Origin: Eledone cirrhosa
Lineage: Eukaryota
Direction of reading: 5' to 3'
Assembly (NCBI GenBank): GCA_964016885.1
Contig: OZ024744.1
Location: 133,982,001 to 134,046,000, forward strand
DNA length: 64,000 bases
Positions 63,851 through 64,000 of this stretch are shown here, one piece after another (the stretch's first letter is position 1; each line of letters begins with the position of its first letter). The notes beneath the pieces were generated by a model. The model saw only the letters and a program-made list of their open reading frames with translations, was not told the DNA's origin and ran no database searches. Position numbers and translations under genes: made by a program.

Positions 63851-64000
63851 GTTGGGGCTAAGTTAAGTTGGGGTTAAGTTAAGATGGGGTTAATTTAAGT
63901 TGGGGTTAAGTTAAGTTGAGGTTAAGTTAAGTTGGGGTTAAATTAAGTTGGGGTTAAGTTAAGTTGGGGTTAAGTCAAGTTGGGGTTAAGTTAAGTTGGG

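Larger units (their letters stand above)
1..64000 (+). repeat. 16-bp G-rich tandem satellite, consensus (TTAAGTTAAGTTGGGG)n, ~4,000 monomers, running off both window ends
   Basis: GGGG tracts recur every 16 bp (e.g. 1450, 1466, 1482). Most monomers match the consensus or differ by 1-2 substitutions (TTGAG, CTAAG, ATAAG, TCGGGG, TTGAGG, TTAATTTAAG). Length variants of 11, 15 and 21 bp occur. Confidence 0.99.

Noticed and set aside
1-64000. Protein-coding ORFs
   Set aside because: Each consensus monomer has two TAA triplets on each strand and the 16-bp period cycles through all frames, so every frame is stopped within tens of bases.
1-64000. CRISPR array or other repeat-spacer system
   Set aside because: Monomers are directly adjacent with no unique spacers, leader or cas genes.
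1-64000. Canonical telomerase-synthesised telomere (TTGGGG, TTAGG or TTAGGG arrays)
   Set aside because: No tandem runs of these motifs occur. Variants are copied in kb-scale blocks and there are internal inversions, which is typical of recombination-amplified satellite.
1-64000. A single regular higher-order repeat period
   Set aside because: Marker spacings vary (11,785; ~3,095; 7,963; 6,365; ~3,480; ~2,540), so no constant higher-order period fits.

Overview
The whole 64 kb window is one satellite array of about 4,000 monomers. The 16-bp consensus is TTAAG-TTAAG-TTGGGG (+ strand G/T-rich, no C in the consensus, 37.5% GC). I see no coding genes, RNA genes, CRISPR array or unique sequence; TAA stops recur in all six frames. 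The information lies in the variant monomers, which I used as markers by eye. They show: (i) two copies of a ~173-bp strand inversion (2365-2537, 14150-14322) starting at a perfect GGGGTTAA|CCCC fold-back and sitting in a ~530-bp unit whose inverted ends share a rare variant; (ii) nested multi-kb duplications with offsets of 11,785, ~3,095, 7,963, 6,365, ~3,480 and ~2,540 bp; (iii) a ~200-bp replaced patch with compensating +1/-1 indels; (iv) a change in variant repertoire near 17-18 kb. The motif is telomere-like, but the organism and chromosomal position (centromeric, subtelomeric or interstitial) cannot be determined from the sequence. I found no protein-based novel system. Duplication boundaries are approximate to within a few monomers.
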